Shown here: positions 30,572 to 41,048 of the stretch, one piece after another | Position numbering within the stretch: the stretch's first letter is position 1 | Layout of the letters: each line of letters starts with the position of its first letter | IMG/VR virus record: IMGVR_UViG_3300026263_000200 | DNA from: a virus | DNA: 64,000 nt | Direction: 5' to 3' (one strand) | Notes under the pieces: generated by a model | The model's input: only the letters and a program-made list of their open reading frames with translations | The model's database searches: none | Told to the model about the DNA's origin: nothing | Position numbers and translations under genes: made by a program

Positions 30572-31210
30572 ATGAAAAGTTTAGTTGAGGATTGGGATAA
30601 ATTTTTTAAAGAACATCCAACTGGTGGACCTTGGGATTATAAAAATCCTAGCAATGAACGAAAGTTACAAGATGGACACGTTGTTGATTTTATAAAGTAT
30701 TATAATTTTGAAAAAAATTTAAAGGTTTTGGATTGTGGATGTGCAGATGGTAGAAATTCTGAATATCTTATCAATCAAGGGTTTGAGGTAACAGGTGTAG
30801 ATTTTTCACAAACGGTTATAGAAAGAACTCAAAAGCGTTTACCAAAAGGAAAATTTCTTGTTGGAGATATAAGAAAATTAGATAAGATTGAAGAAAATAG
30901 TTTTGATTTTCTTATTGACGCTGGTGCTTTCCACGTGAATTATCCACAAGATACTCTATCCATTATAAAAGAGTATCATAGAATATTAAAACCTTCTGGA
31001 AAAATGTTTATTAGAGTTTTCAATAAAGAAGACAATCAACCTCACCTTATTTTTTTTGTAAATAAAGATACTATGCCTGTATTTGGATATAGTGAGTCTG
31101 TATTTACTAATCATATTAAAAATTATTTTAATGTTAAACATAAAAAATATGATTCTGTTTATGGTATGCACGGTGAAGGATGTAATTATTATTATTTGGA
31201 AAGTAAATGA
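30572..31210 (+). CDS. Class I SAM-dependent methyltransferase (small-molecule type)
   Basis: VLDCGCADGRN, VTGVDFS, RILKPSG; inserted between g44 and g62. Confidence 0.85.
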   Translation: MKSLVEDWDKFFKEHPTGGPWDYKNPSNERKLQDGHVVDFIKYYNFEKNLKVLDCGCADGRNSEYLINQGFEVTGVDFSQTVIERTQKRLPKGKFLVGDIRKLDKIEENSFDFLIDAGAFHVNYPQDTLSIIKEYHRILKPSGKMFIRVFNKEDNQPHLIFFVNKDTMPVFGYSESVFTNHIKNYFNVKHKKYDSVYGMHGEGCNYYYLESK

Positions 31211-31216
31211 AATTAA

Positions 31217-31612
31217 ATGTATGAATTAAAAGATTATCTTAAAGCAATTAATGAATCAAAAGAGAACTTATTAGACACACCCGACCCGACTTGGGAAAAG
31301 AAGTACCCACCATTTGTAATTAACCGTTGTCTATCTATGTTCTATGATACCATAATGCATAGCAATGAAATGAACGGATTACATTTCCTACCAAAGCGTA
31401 TGCAGTTTCACTATTTCATAAATAGTATACGAAAGAAAAGGCGATTTGGAGGTAAGTGGCTATCAAAAACCAAGTTGAAGAACCTAGATGTTATTAAGAA
31501 GTATTATGGATATAGTAATTCAAAGGCAAAGGAAACTCTCAACATTCTTACAGACGACCAAATTGAAATTATTAAAAATAAACTTATACAAGGTGGGAGA
31601 AAGTTTAAATGA
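31217..31612 (+). CDS. g62: Clamp loader small subunit gp62
   Basis: YPPFVINRCLS, NEMN, YYGYSNSKA. Confidence 0.93.
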   Translation: MYELKDYLKAINESKENLLDTPDPTWEKKYPPFVINRCLSMFYDTIMHSNEMNGLHFLPKRMQFHYFINSIRKKRRFGGKWLSKTKLKNLDVIKKYYGYSNSKAKETLNILTDDQIEIIKNKLIQGGRKFK

Positions 31613-32070
31613 GCGAAGATATTATTAGTTGGTCGGCTAGCGATATGCTAGAAGTGACCATAAAGCAACCTGATGACTTTCTAAAAGTCAGGGAAACATT
31701 AACAAGAATCGGTGTAGCAAGTAGAAAAGATAAGACACTTTATCAATCGTGTCATATACTACACAAACAAGGTAAATATTACATAGTCCATTTCAAGGAA
31801 CTATTTGCATTAGACGGTAAAAAATCAACATTAACTCAAAACGATATTCAAAGAAGAAATACCATATCTTTATTATTACAAGATTGGAACTTAATTGATG
31901 TAGTTAAAAAGGACGCAACGGAAGATAAAGCACCGTTAAGTCAGATAAAAGTATTACCATTTAAAGAGAAAAAAGAATGGACATTATCTGCTAAATATAA
32001 CATAGGGAAAAAAGTGGAAGACAATAAGGAAAAGAAACCTGAAGCAACCAGTCCAACGAGTAATGAATAA
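31609..32070 (+). CDS. regA: Translational repressor RegA
   Basis: DDFLKVRETLTRIGVAS, LYQSCHILHKQGKYYIVHFKELFALDG. Confidence 0.96.
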   Translation: MSEDIISWSASDMLEVTIKQPDDFLKVRETLTRIGVASRKDKTLYQSCHILHKQGKYYIVHFKELFALDGKKSTLTQNDIQRRNTISLLLQDWNLIDVVKKDATEDKAPLSQIKVLPFKEKKEWTLSAKYNIGKKVEDNKEKKPEATSPTSNE

Positions 32071-33483
32071 ATGCAGATATCAAATTTCAAAGACTACATA
32101 ACAGAAGCAAAAACTTCTGGATCATATAGATTAATCATTATATCAGATGAACCTGAAAATGATTTAAACTTTCATACAGCAAAGAACTTAATGAAACAAG
32201 CAGATAAGCTTGGTCATAAGTCATATATCTATAGAAACACAGGTGGTTATGTAACTGTTGAAGATGATGGAGAACTGTATTTCCATAACAAAGATGACAA
32301 AAAAGGATTTAGAGTATCTGCTAAAGATACAATTGCTATTATAAGAGGTTCAGTAGTACGTAGAGATAGTTGGATGGACTTGGTAACACGATTAGAAAAA
32401 CACCAAGTTTTTACTATTAACAGTAGAGAATGTGTTAGTATGTGTGCCGACAAATATAGAACTTCATTAAGATTAGCAGACTATGGTATTAGACAACCTA
32501 AATCTGTATTGGTAACTGATCCAGAAAATTCAATAGAATCTTTTGAAAGTTTAGAAGAAAAGTTTCCTGTTATCTTAAAGACATTAAGAGGATCAAAAGG
32601 TGTTGGTGTCTTGTTTATTGAATCAGAAAAATCTTTAGATTCAATTGTACAATTACTTAATAAACAAGATGAGGATTCTGATATATTATTACAGCAATAT
32701 ATAAAAACTAAATGGGATGCTAGAGTTTTAGTATTACAAGGTAAAGTATTTGCTGCTATGAAAAGACACGTAGTGCCAGGAGATTTTAGAAGTAATGTAT
32801 CAAGAGGTGCAGAAGTAGAAGAATTAAAATTAACAAAAGTAGAAATAGAAGAAAGTTTAAAAGCTGCTAAGGCAGTAGATGGTCAATGGGTTGCAGTAGA
32901 TTTTATACCATCAGCAGATAGAACAAAAGAACCACCATTTGTTATTGAAGTTAACTCTTCACCAGGTACAGAAGGTATAGAAGAAGCAACAAATAGAAAT
33001 TTAAGTAAAGAAATCATACAATATTTTGAAGATAGAGAAAATTGGAACAAAGTTCCTAGTATGTGTGGTTTTAAAGAAGTTGTACATATACATCCATTTG
33101 GACGTATAGTTGGTAAATTTGACACAGGTAATTCAGGTACGTCTGTTATACACGCAGATAAATTTAAAGTTAGTGGTAAAAAAATAACTTGGACACTAGA
33201 TGGTAAGACACTTACAAACGATATTATACGTAAGCAAACAATAGATGTAGGTGGATTAAGAGATTATAAAGAAGATAGATACGCAATTAAACTTGATGTA
33301 GAATTTGCAGGTGGTTATTATAAAGATGTAGAATTTACATTAGATGATAGGGATGAAAAGTCAAAAATATTGTTTGATAGAGAAACAATGAATAGGTTTA
33401 ATGTAATGGTTAACCCTAATAGAAAATATATAATAACAACCAAGTATAGTTTAGACGATAAACCTATAGATAAAAACAACTAG
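32071..33483 (+). CDS. rimK: RimK-like ATP-grasp ligase fused to a retropepsin-like (RimK-associated protease) domain
   Basis: DKYRT, GSKGVGV, FRSNVSRG, IEVNSSPG; C-terminal KFDTGN...FTLDDR. Confidence 0.85.
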   Translation: MQISNFKDYITEAKTSGSYRLIIISDEPENDLNFHTAKNLMKQADKLGHKSYIYRNTGGYVTVEDDGELYFHNKDDKKGFRVSAKDTIAIIRGSVVRRDSWMDLVTRLEKHQVFTINSRECVSMCADKYRTSLRLADYGIRQPKSVLVTDPENSIESFESLEEKFPVILKTLRGSKGVGVLFIESEKSLDSIVQLLNKQDEDSDILLQQYIKTKWDARVLVLQGKVFAAMKRHVVPGDFRSNVSRGAEVEELKLTKVEIEESLKAAKAVDGQWVAVDFIPSADRTKEPPFVIEVNSSPGTEGIEEATNRNLSKEIIQYFEDRENWNKVPSMCGFKEVVHIHPFGRIVGKFDTGNSGTSVIHADKFKVSGKKITWTLDGKTLTNDIIRKQTIDVGGLRDYKEDRYAIKLDVEFAGGYYKDVEFTLDDRDEKSKILFDRETMNRFNVMVNPNRKYIITTKYSLDDKPIDKNN

Positions 33484-33485
33484 CA

Positions 33486-33514
33486 TTGACAATTGAGCGG
33501 ATTTAGTATATATT
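33486..33514 (+). promoter_or_regulatory. Sigma70-like promoter TTGACA-N17-TATATT
   Basis: TAGCATTGACA context, correct spacing. Confidence 0.65.
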
Positions 33515-33533
33515 ATAATCAAGGAGAAATATA

Positions 33534-33863
33534 ATGGCAAGTGAAATACAATTATTACGCCTAACAACAGGCGAAGATGTGATTGGCAAAATCACAAAAA
33601 ACGAAAACACAATTACAATAGAAAAAGGATGTGTACTTATACCTAGACAACAAGGTCCAGGTAAACCTGTACAGTTAATGTTAACACCTTATGCACCTTA
33701 TAGTGAAACTAATACTATAGATATTAATAAGGATGTCGTTGTGTCATTTTCAAAACCAAAAAAAGATATACAAGATACTTATATTCAAAGTACTTCAACG
33801 ATAGTAGCACCTAATAAACAGTTAATAACTGAAACAGGACTGCCAACGTTGGGTAAAAAGTGA
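33534..33863 (+). CDS. Conserved hypothetical protein (possible Sm-like fold)
   Basis: LLRLTTGEDVIG N-terminus resembles ORF 13550; AAGGAG RBS. Confidence 0.6.
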   Translation: MASEIQLLRLTTGEDVIGKITKNENTITIEKGCVLIPRQQGPGKPVQLMLTPYAPYSETNTIDINKDVVVSFSKPKKDIQDTYIQSTSTIVAPNKQLITETGLPTLGKK

Positions 33864-34195
33864 TAGACGTTTATTTTGTAAGAAACGGATCCAAAATTCG
33901 TGTTCAAACTAGAGAAGGTTTGAGTGCAATGGAGGCAGCGAAATTTGAATCACACGTACCTATACCAGAAATTCCTGCCGATTGTGGTGGTAATTGTATG
34001 TGTTGTACGTGCCACGTATATGTTGATGAGAAGTGGAAAGATAAAGTGCCATCACCTACTTCTATTTCAATAGAAGAACAACAATTAGAATATGAAAAAG
34101 GATATAAACCAGGTGTTAGTAGATTAAGTTGTCAGATAAAACTTACTAAAGACCTTGACGGTTTAATACTCCATTTGAGAAATGACCTGGTCTAA
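33860..34195 (+). CDS. fdx: 2Fe-2S ferredoxin (adrenodoxin/ISC type)
   Basis: CGGNCMCCTCHVYV...SRLSCQ. Confidence 0.9.
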   Translation: MIDVYFVRNGSKIRVQTREGLSAMEAAKFESHVPIPEIPADCGGNCMCCTCHVYVDEKWKDKVPSPTSISIEEQQLEYEKGYKPGVSRLSCQIKLTKDLDGLILHLRNDLV

Positions 34196-34610
34196 TAGTG
34201 AAGAAAATATAGTCAATACCTTAAATAATACATTTAAAGGTTTTAGTAAAGACAATTTAATAGTTGAAAAAAAAGGCTATTCTAGTTTTGACGCATACAA
34301 TAATCGTTATACTTGTGAAATAAAAAAAAGAAACTTTGAAAGTTATCACAAATTTGCCAAAGAAGGATTAATTTTAGAGAAATATAAGTATGATAAACTA
34401 ATTCAAAAATCAAAACAAAATAATACAAAAGCACTATATATAAATTTATTTAAAGATAAAAAAATATTTATTTGGAATTTATCAAAATTGACAAATGAAG
34501 GATATGATTTTAAATGGCACAATATGAAAATGAATAAAGCTACATTTAATTCAACAGAAAATAAAATAGATAAAAAAGTGGCACTTTTAAAAGAAGATAT
34601 AACAATATGA
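34182..34610 (+). CDS. Putative PD-(D/E)XK endonuclease
   Basis: SFDAY...CEIKKR; very AT-rich; immediately upstream of g43. Confidence 0.55.
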   Translation: MTWSNSEENIVNTLNNTFKGFSKDNLIVEKKGYSSFDAYNNRYTCEIKKRNFESYHKFAKEGLILEKYKYDKLIQKSKQNNTKALYINLFKDKKIFIWNLSKLTNEGYDFKWHNMKMNKATFNSTENKIDKKVALLKEDITI

Positions 34611-34616
34611 GACCAG

Positions 34617-37106
34617 ATGAACTTTTATAAAAATGTAATAGAACATAAAGGCAAACTACTTGTTAGAGGTGTAAGAGATAGCAAAGAGTTTAAAGAGAGG
34701 ATTAATTTTTCTCCAACATTATATTCAGTATCACAACATCAAGAAGAATTTAAATCATTACAAGGACATAATTTAAGACCTATTACTTTTTCATCTATTG
34801 ACGCTGCTCGTAGATTTAAACGTGATGTTGCTACTCAAAATGCACCTGTTTATGGACTTGATAGATTTCATTATCAATACATCAATGAAGAGTATCCAAA
34901 ACAAGTTAAGTGGTCAAAAGAATTAATTAAAATATTTACATTAGATATAGAATGTACCTGTGAAAATGGATTTCCAGAAGTAAATAATCCAATTGAAGAA
35001 CTATTATGTATTACAGTTAAGAATCAATCAAACAAACAAATTATAACGTGGGGTATCGGTGAGTTTAAAACCTTACGTACAGATGTAACTTATATTCAAT
35101 GTACAGATGAACGACATTTAATAATGGAGTTTATGAAATTCTGGTTGAAGAATTATCCAGATGTTATTACAGGTTGGAATACTAAATTCTTTGACTTACC
35201 TTATTTAATGAATAGAATTCAATTAGTTGCAGGTGCTAAAGTTTCAAATAGAATGTCGCCTTGGAACATAATTCATAAAGAAGAAATAATTGTAAGAGGT
35301 AGACCTAATACATATTATTCATTGTATGGAATTGCAATGTTAGATTATCTTGATTTATATAAATGGTTTATACCAGTAAGACAAGAGAGTTATAGACTAT
35401 CTCATATAGGTGAAGTAGAACTAGGCGAAACTAAAATAGAAAATCCATATGATACTTTTAAAGATTTCTATACAAAAGATTATCAAAAATTTGTAGAGTA
35501 TAATATTCAAGACGTTGAAATAGTTGATGGTTTAGAAGACAAGTTAGGTCTAATTGATTTATCTTTAACCTTTGCATATGAAACTAAAGTAAATTATAAC
35601 GATATTTTTTCACAGGTAAGAGTTTGGGATACATTAATTGCAAACCACTTGATGACAAAAAAGATTTGTGTACCACCTAGGGAAGACCACATAAAGGACA
35701 CCAAGTATGAAGGTGCGTATGTGAAAGAACCTAGATTGGGTATGCAAAAATGGGTGGTGTCTTTTGATATCAACTCTCTTTATCCACATATTATTGTACA
35801 ATATAATATTTCTCCCGAAAAGATATTAGGTGTTAAACCATCTGGTGTTTCTGTGAATAAAATGCTTGATAAGAAGACACCCCTAGATTATTTAAAAACA
35901 GAAGGTGCGTGTATAACACCTAACGGTGCAATGTTTAAAAATGATAATCAAGGTTTCTTACCTGAAATGATTGAAAAGATTTATAAAGACCGTGTGATAT
36001 ATAAGAAACGTGAATTAAAAGCAAAGAAAGAATATCAAAATAATCCAACAACAGAATTAAAAAAAGAAATTGCTAGGTGTCATAACGTACAATGGGCAAG
36101 AAAGATTGCGTTGAATAGTTGTTATGGTGCAATAGGTAATCAATACTTTAGATACTATGATATAGCACAAGCAAGTGCTGTAACTACAGCAGGTCAATAT
36201 ATTATAAGAAATATAGAACAAAAAGTAAATGAATATCTAAATCAAATATTACAAACACACAATGAAGTAGATTATATATTAGCGTCTGATACAGATTCAA
36301 TTTATGTATCGTTTGATAAACTTGTAGAGAAGACTTGTAAAAATAAAACAGACCAACAAGTATGTGATTTTCTTGCTAAGGTATGTGATAATAAATTAGA
36401 ACCTTTTATTGCAAAACAATTTGAAGATGTTGCAGATTATACTAACGCATTTAAGAACGCAATGGTTATGGCACGTGAAGTTATTGCGAACAAAGGTATA
36501 TGGGTTGCGAAAAAAAGATATATGTTAAATGTATTAGACGAGGAAGATGTGAGATTATCTGAACCTAAATTAAAGATTATGGGTATAGAGGCAATTAAAT
36601 CTTCAACTCCACAAGTATGCCGAGGTAAGATTAAAGAAGCAATTAAAATAATTATGTCAAAAGAAGAATCTGATTTACATACTTTCATTGCAGATTTTAA
36701 AAAAGAATTTATGCAATTACCTCCAGAGAAGATATCATTTCCAAGGTCTTGTAATAATATGAGAAAATATGGTAGTAGTAAAGATGTGTTTATTAAAGGC
36801 ACACCTATACACGTTAAGGGTGCATTGATTTATAATCATCAAATAAAACAATTTAAATTACAGAATAAGTATCCTTATATTCAAGAAGGAGATAAGATTA
36901 AATTTATTAAATTGTTAGAAGCAAATCCATTTAAGTTTGATGTGATTAGTTATGTAACTCAATTACCAAAAGAGTTTAACTTAAAAGAATATGTTGATTA
37001 TGAATTACAATTTGAAAAGACTTTCCTAGACCCTATGAGATTTATATTAAATTCAATAGGTTGGGAACACGAAAAGAAAGCAAGTCTGGAGGCGTTCTTT
37101 GGCTAA
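34617..37106 (+). CDS. g43: Family B DNA polymerase gp43
   Basis: DIEC exonuclease, SFDINSLYP, KIALNSCYG, SDTDS, KKRY; C-terminal clamp-binding SLEAFF. Confidence 0.98.
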   Translation: MNFYKNVIEHKGKLLVRGVRDSKEFKERINFSPTLYSVSQHQEEFKSLQGHNLRPITFSSIDAARRFKRDVATQNAPVYGLDRFHYQYINEEYPKQVKWSKELIKIFTLDIECTCENGFPEVNNPIEELLCITVKNQSNKQIITWGIGEFKTLRTDVTYIQCTDERHLIMEFMKFWLKNYPDVITGWNTKFFDLPYLMNRIQLVAGAKVSNRMSPWNIIHKEEIIVRGRPNTYYSLYGIAMLDYLDLYKWFIPVRQESYRLSHIGEVELGETKIENPYDTFKDFYTKDYQKFVEYNIQDVEIVDGLEDKLGLIDLSLTFAYETKVNYNDIFSQVRVWDTLIANHLMTKKICVPPREDHIKDTKYEGAYVKEPRLGMQKWVVSFDINSLYPHIIVQYNISPEKILGVKPSGVSVNKMLDKKTPLDYLKTEGACITPNGAMFKNDNQGFLPEMIEKIYKDRVIYKKRELKAKKEYQNNPTTELKKEIARCHNVQWARKIALNSCYGAIGNQYFRYYDIAQASAVTTAGQYIIRNIEQKVNEYLNQILQTHNEVDYILASDTDSIYVSFDKLVEKTCKNKTDQQVCDFLAKVCDNKLEPFIAKQFEDVADYTNAFKNAMVMAREVIANKGIWVAKKRYMLNVLDEEDVRLSEPKLKIMGIEAIKSSTPQVCRGKIKEAIKIIMSKEESDLHTFIADFKKEFMQLPPEKISFPRSCNNMRKYGSSKDVFIKGTPIHVKGALIYNHQIKQFKLQNKYPYIQEGDKIKFIKLLEANPFKFDVISYVTQLPKEFNLKEYVDYELQFEKTFLDPMRFILNSIGWEHEKKASLEAFFG

Positions 37107-37107
37107 T

Positions 37108-37251
37108 ATGTTTGACGCATTTGCAGTTGCTATGGCAATAGTATTTGCTTATAGAACAGGAGAAGTTTTAGCAATGACTAAAATGAAATTTGCAACACTA
37201 GTATTATGGTTGTTTGTAATAAAATTTATATCGGTAATGTATGTTAATTAA
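37108..37251 (+). CDS. Small hydrophobic protein (47 aa)
   Basis: MFDAFAVAMAIVFAY...LVLWLFVIKFISVMY; fills the gap; read manually. Confidence 0.5.
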   Translation: MFDAFAVAMAIVFAYRTGEVLAMTKMKFATLVLWLFVIKFISVMYVN

Positions 37252-38296
37252 TGAAGAAAGTTTAAAACATTTAAAAACACTTGAAGACAATACGTTTGAT
37301 TCGTGTGTAACTGATCCACCGTATCACTTGGCGTCTATACTTAAACGATTTGGACCAGGTCAAAAAGGTATTAATAATAAAGATGAGAAAGAAGGTCGTA
37401 ATGGACCTTATCATAGAGCGGCAAAAGGATTTATGGGACAGACTTGGGATGGTGGTGATATAGCATTTAATAAAGATTTTTGGAAAGAAGTATATAGAGT
37501 TATGAAACCAGGTGCAGTACTACTATCTTTTGCTGCCACTAGAAACTATCATAGAATGGCAGTTGCAGTAGAAGACGCTGGGTTTGAAATATTTGATATG
37601 ATACAATGGTTATATGGTAGTGGTTTTCCTAAAAGAAAAAACTATTTAAAACCTGCGTGTGAACCTATTGTAATGGCACGTAAGGGTGTTAATAAAAATT
37701 TAAACATAGATGAGTGTAGAGTGCCTGGATATCAATGGGACACAACTAAAAACAGAAGAGAACCTAAAAAACATAAAGAAGCAATTTACAAATTAGGTTT
37801 AAAGAAAGCAGGTACAGGAGAAAAAATAGATGGTAGATATCCTGCCAATGTTATACACGATGGATCAGATGAAGTGATTGAAAGTTTTCCTAAACAAAAA
37901 ACAGCAGGACATTGGCCGAGTGTTAAAGTTACAGGATATGGTAATATGGGTAGAGAAGTAGGTGGACAAAAGACAGCGAAAGAAGAATACTTTGGTGCAG
38001 GTCCACAAGTAAGAGAAGATGGTTCAGTTGCAAGATTTTTCTATTGTGCTAAGGCAAGTAAAAAAGAAAAATCAGATACAAAACACCCTACAGTTAAACC
38101 ATTAGAGTTAATGAGATATCTTGTTAAGTTAGTTACACCTAAAGATGGAACAGTATTGGATCCATTTGCAGGTACAGGTACTACTGGTGAAGCGGCGTTA
38201 TTAGAAGGTCGTAAGTATTACTTGATAGAAAGAGAAAAGAGTTATTTTAAAGACATAGAGAAGAGATTAAAGAAAGTGAATCCGTTTTTTGTATGA
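37241..38296 (+). CDS. DNA methyltransferase, N6-A/N4-C beta class
   Basis: VTDPPY precedes HPTVKP and VLDPFAGTGTT. Confidence 0.92.
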   Translation: MLINEESLKHLKTLEDNTFDSCVTDPPYHLASILKRFGPGQKGINNKDEKEGRNGPYHRAAKGFMGQTWDGGDIAFNKDFWKEVYRVMKPGAVLLSFAATRNYHRMAVAVEDAGFEIFDMIQWLYGSGFPKRKNYLKPACEPIVMARKGVNKNLNIDECRVPGYQWDTTKNRREPKKHKEAIYKLGLKKAGTGEKIDGRYPANVIHDGSDEVIESFPKQKTAGHWPSVKVTGYGNMGREVGGQKTAKEEYFGAGPQVREDGSVARFFYCAKASKKEKSDTKHPTVKPLELMRYLVKLVTPKDGTVLDPFAGTGTTGEAALLEGRKYYLIEREKSYFKDIEKRLKKVNPFFV

Positions 38297-38310
38297 CAAT
38301 TTTACTTGCA

Positions 38311-38339
38311 TTGACTTTATCTGCTTTGTGTGTTATAAT
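38311..38339 (+). promoter_or_regulatory. Sigma70-like promoter TTGACT-N17-TATAAT
   Basis: Consensus with extended -10 TG; upstream of MTase 38369. Confidence 0.75.
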
Positions 38340-38368
38340 ACCATTACTATTATTATTAATGTGGAACA

Positions 38369-39598
38369 ATGAAAAACCTAGACCTTAAACAATTCGCAGA
38401 CGAAAATAGATTGCCTATTATGGACTCTATTCAATTTAAAAATTGGACAGATGAAATAGGTAAAGAAAAATTTAGAGAACTATTATCAGAATATATTGCT
38501 GAACATAGACCAGAATTTCCTTTAAATCATATTTCATATGATGATATGAAAAACAATATAATACAATTAAGTAAATTTAATACTAGTAAAATTTGTATAC
38601 CTAAAGAACAAAGTCATAAAGATGTCTTTGAAAAATATGATGACTATAAGTATCCATATTCAAAATATGGTTTAGGAGTAATTGACGCTTCTTCAATATA
38701 TAATAAGTGCAGTAATTATTTTCATCAAGAGTTAAGATTAAATTGTTCAAGTTATAGTTTTAGAGCACCAATTGAAGTTTTTAAAAATGGTAATGCAAAA
38801 GATATATGGAAGTGTTTAGGTGCATTATGGAGAGGTGTGAATAGTAGTAAAGATTTATCGCCAGGTAGTTATAGAGAAGCAATAAGATTGGGTACATATA
38901 TTGCAACACAATTTAAACCAGTTGTTGCAAAAACAATATACGATATGACCGAGGCAGAAACAGTATTAGATACGAGTTGTGGTTGGGGAGATAGACTTGC
39001 TGGTTTCTTTGCCAGTAATGCAACACATTATTATGGTTGTGATCCTAATCCAAATACATATAAAATATATCAGAAACAGATAGAAGAATATAGTAAATTC
39101 TTTAAAAACAAAACTGTTAAGATATGGAATTGTGGTGCAGAAGATTTACCTTATAACGAACTACCAGAAATAGATTGTGCATTTACAAGTCCACCTTACT
39201 TTAGTACTGAACAATATAATAAAGGTGGTGAGAAAGAAGAGAATCAATCTTGGTTTAAGTTTAATGAGTATGAGCAATGGAGAGATAGTTTTTATCTTCC
39301 AGTTGCAGAAAAGACAATGAGTAAATCAAAATATATGTTTGTTAATATTATGGATCCAAAGATTAAGGGTACTAGATATAGGTCAAGTGATGAACTAGTT
39401 GATAGATTTAAAGATAAGTTTTTAGGTCAGATTGGTATGAGGATTATGCAAAGACCACAAGGTACTAAAAAATTTAAAACAAAAGAAGAGTTAAATACGT
39501 TTATGGCAATGACATATATTGAAAATGTATGGTGTTTTGGAGAGAAAACAGACTTATTTAAACACGCAAGAGTAGGGACGTTAGACGCATTTATATAA
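38369..39598 (+). CDS. DNA amino-methyltransferase (SPPY type), same family as ORF 21120
   Basis: TQFKPVVA, LDTSCGWGDR, FTSPPYF. Confidence 0.8.
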   Translation: MKNLDLKQFADENRLPIMDSIQFKNWTDEIGKEKFRELLSEYIAEHRPEFPLNHISYDDMKNNIIQLSKFNTSKICIPKEQSHKDVFEKYDDYKYPYSKYGLGVIDASSIYNKCSNYFHQELRLNCSSYSFRAPIEVFKNGNAKDIWKCLGALWRGVNSSKDLSPGSYREAIRLGTYIATQFKPVVAKTIYDMTEAETVLDTSCGWGDRLAGFFASNATHYYGCDPNPNTYKIYQKQIEEYSKFFKNKTVKIWNCGAEDLPYNELPEIDCAFTSPPYFSTEQYNKGGEKEENQSWFKFNEYEQWRDSFYLPVAEKTMSKSKYMFVNIMDPKIKGTRYRSSDELVDRFKDKFLGQIGMRIMQRPQGTKKFKTKEELNTFMAMTYIENVWCFGEKTDLFKHARVGTLDAFI

Positions 39599-39606
39599 AT
39601 ATTATT

Positions 39607-39897
39607 ATGGATTACTTTTATTTATTTTTGGTTATATTCATACTCAATGATGGTTTTACTATGTCAAGGCATTACTGTTCCTATTTAAGAAACTTACGAG
39701 AAAAAATTATTGAAAAGATAACCTATGGTTGGTGGATTGCCATACATAGTGTTGTAGATATAGGAAGTATTATTGGTATGATGGTTTATTTTGAAAAAGC
39801 AAAACATTTTTGGGTTGCTATTTCCATACCGATAGTTATTATACTATGGTATATACCTTTAGGATGGAAAAAGTATCGTGAGAATAACAGTATATAA
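39607..39897 (+). CDS. Small membrane protein (about 3 TM segments)
   Basis: Hydrophobic segments; preceded by TATAAATA at 39594-39601. Confidence 0.6.
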   Translation: MDYFYLFLVIFILNDGFTMSRHYCSYLRNLREKIIEKITYGWWIAIHSVVDIGSIIGMMVYFEKAKHFWVAISIPIVIILWYIPLGWKKYRENNSI

Positions 39898-40051
39898 AAG
39901 ATATAATGATTATATTTTTACAGATTTTCTACCAACGGAACTTGACTCGGTTAGAGAATTATGTTATATTAACAACATCAAATGGTACACAATAAGTTAT
40001 ACGGAAAGCGAATGGAACGAATATGAAAGATTTTCTAAAAGAAATAATTAA
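39878..40051 (+). CDS. Small hypothetical protein (57 aa, GTG start)
   Basis: Open frame [16 protein letters not shown]... fills the gap before uvsX; contains TTGACT-N17-TATATT (39942-39970). Confidence 0.4.
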   Translation: MRITVYKRYNDYIFTDFLPTELDSVRELCYINNIKWYTISYTESEWNEYERFSKRNN

Positions 40052-41048
40052 AGAAACAGGTAATGAATTTGCTAGTTTAGCAAGTGAAGGAATCACAGCA
40101 GGTGATGTATCTTCATTTATAGATACAGGTTCTTATTCTTTTAATGCTCTTCTATCAGGTTCAATTTACGGTGGGTTGCCAGGCAATAGAATTACAGCAA
40201 TTGCAGGTGAGGCAGCAACTGGTAAAACATTTTTCGCATTAGGTATTTTAAAAAATTATTTAGAAAAAGACAAAGACGCAGGCGTAGTCTTGTTTGAATC
40301 AGAAAACGCAGTATCAAAAGATATGATAGAGGCGAGAGGTGTTGATAGTAAAAGAGTTGTAGTAGTACCAGTATCAACTGTACAAGAATTTAGAACACAG
40401 GCAATAAAAATTTTAGACAAGTATTTAGAACAAGACCCAAAAGACAGACAACCTTTAATGTTTGTATTAGATAGTTTAGGTATGTTATCTACTACAAAAG
40501 AAATGACAGACACAGGAGAGGGTAAAGAAACAAGAGATATGACAAGGTCACAAATTGTCAAATCTACATTTAGAGTTTTAACACTTAAACTAGGACAAGC
40601 AGGTGTTCCTATGTTAATGACCAATCACACATATGATGTTATTGGTTCTATGTTCCCACAAAAAGAAATGGGCGGCGGTTCAGGATTGAAATACGCTGCT
40701 TCAACAATCATCTATCTAGGTAAACGAAAAGAAAAAATCGGTACAGAAGTAGTTGGTAATATTATTCATTGCAAAACATATAAGTCAAGAATCACAAAAG
40801 AAAATTCTCAAATTGATGTTAAGTTAACCTATAAAAAAGGACTAGATAAGTATTATGGTCTTCTTCAACTTGGTGAAGAGGCAGGTATCTTTAAGAAAGT
40901 ATCAACAAGATATGAAATGCCTGATGGTTCTAAAGTATTTGGTAAAACAATCAATGATGAACCAGAAAAGTATTTTACAAAAGAAGTATTAGATAAAATA
41001 GATGAACACGCAAACCAAAAATTTACATACGGATCAGACGAAGAATAA
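40023..41048 (+). CDS. uvsX: RecA-like recombinase UvsX
   Basis: [28 protein letters not shown]. Confidence 0.95.
   Translation: MKDFLKEIIKETGNEFASLASEGITAGDVSSFIDTGSYSFNALLSGSIYGGLPGNRITAIAGEAATGKTFFALGILKNYLEKDKDAGVVLFESENAVSKDMIEARGVDSKRVVVVPVSTVQEFRTQAIKILDKYLEQDPKDRQPLMFVLDSLGMLSTTKEMTDTGEGKETRDMTRSQIVKSTFRVLTLKLGQAGVPMLMTNHTYDVIGSMFPQKEMGGGSGLKYAASTIIYLGKRKEKIGTEVVGNIIHCKTYKSRITKENSQIDVKLTYKKGLDKYYGLLQLGEEAGIFKKVSTRYEMPDGSKVFGKTINDEPEKYFTKEVLDKIDEHANQKFTYGSDEE

Noticed and set aside
34617-37106. Intron or intein in g43 (also considered for g17, g41, uvsX, g20, g23)
   Set aside because: The ORFs are continuous and of ordinary length, with no intein motifs seen
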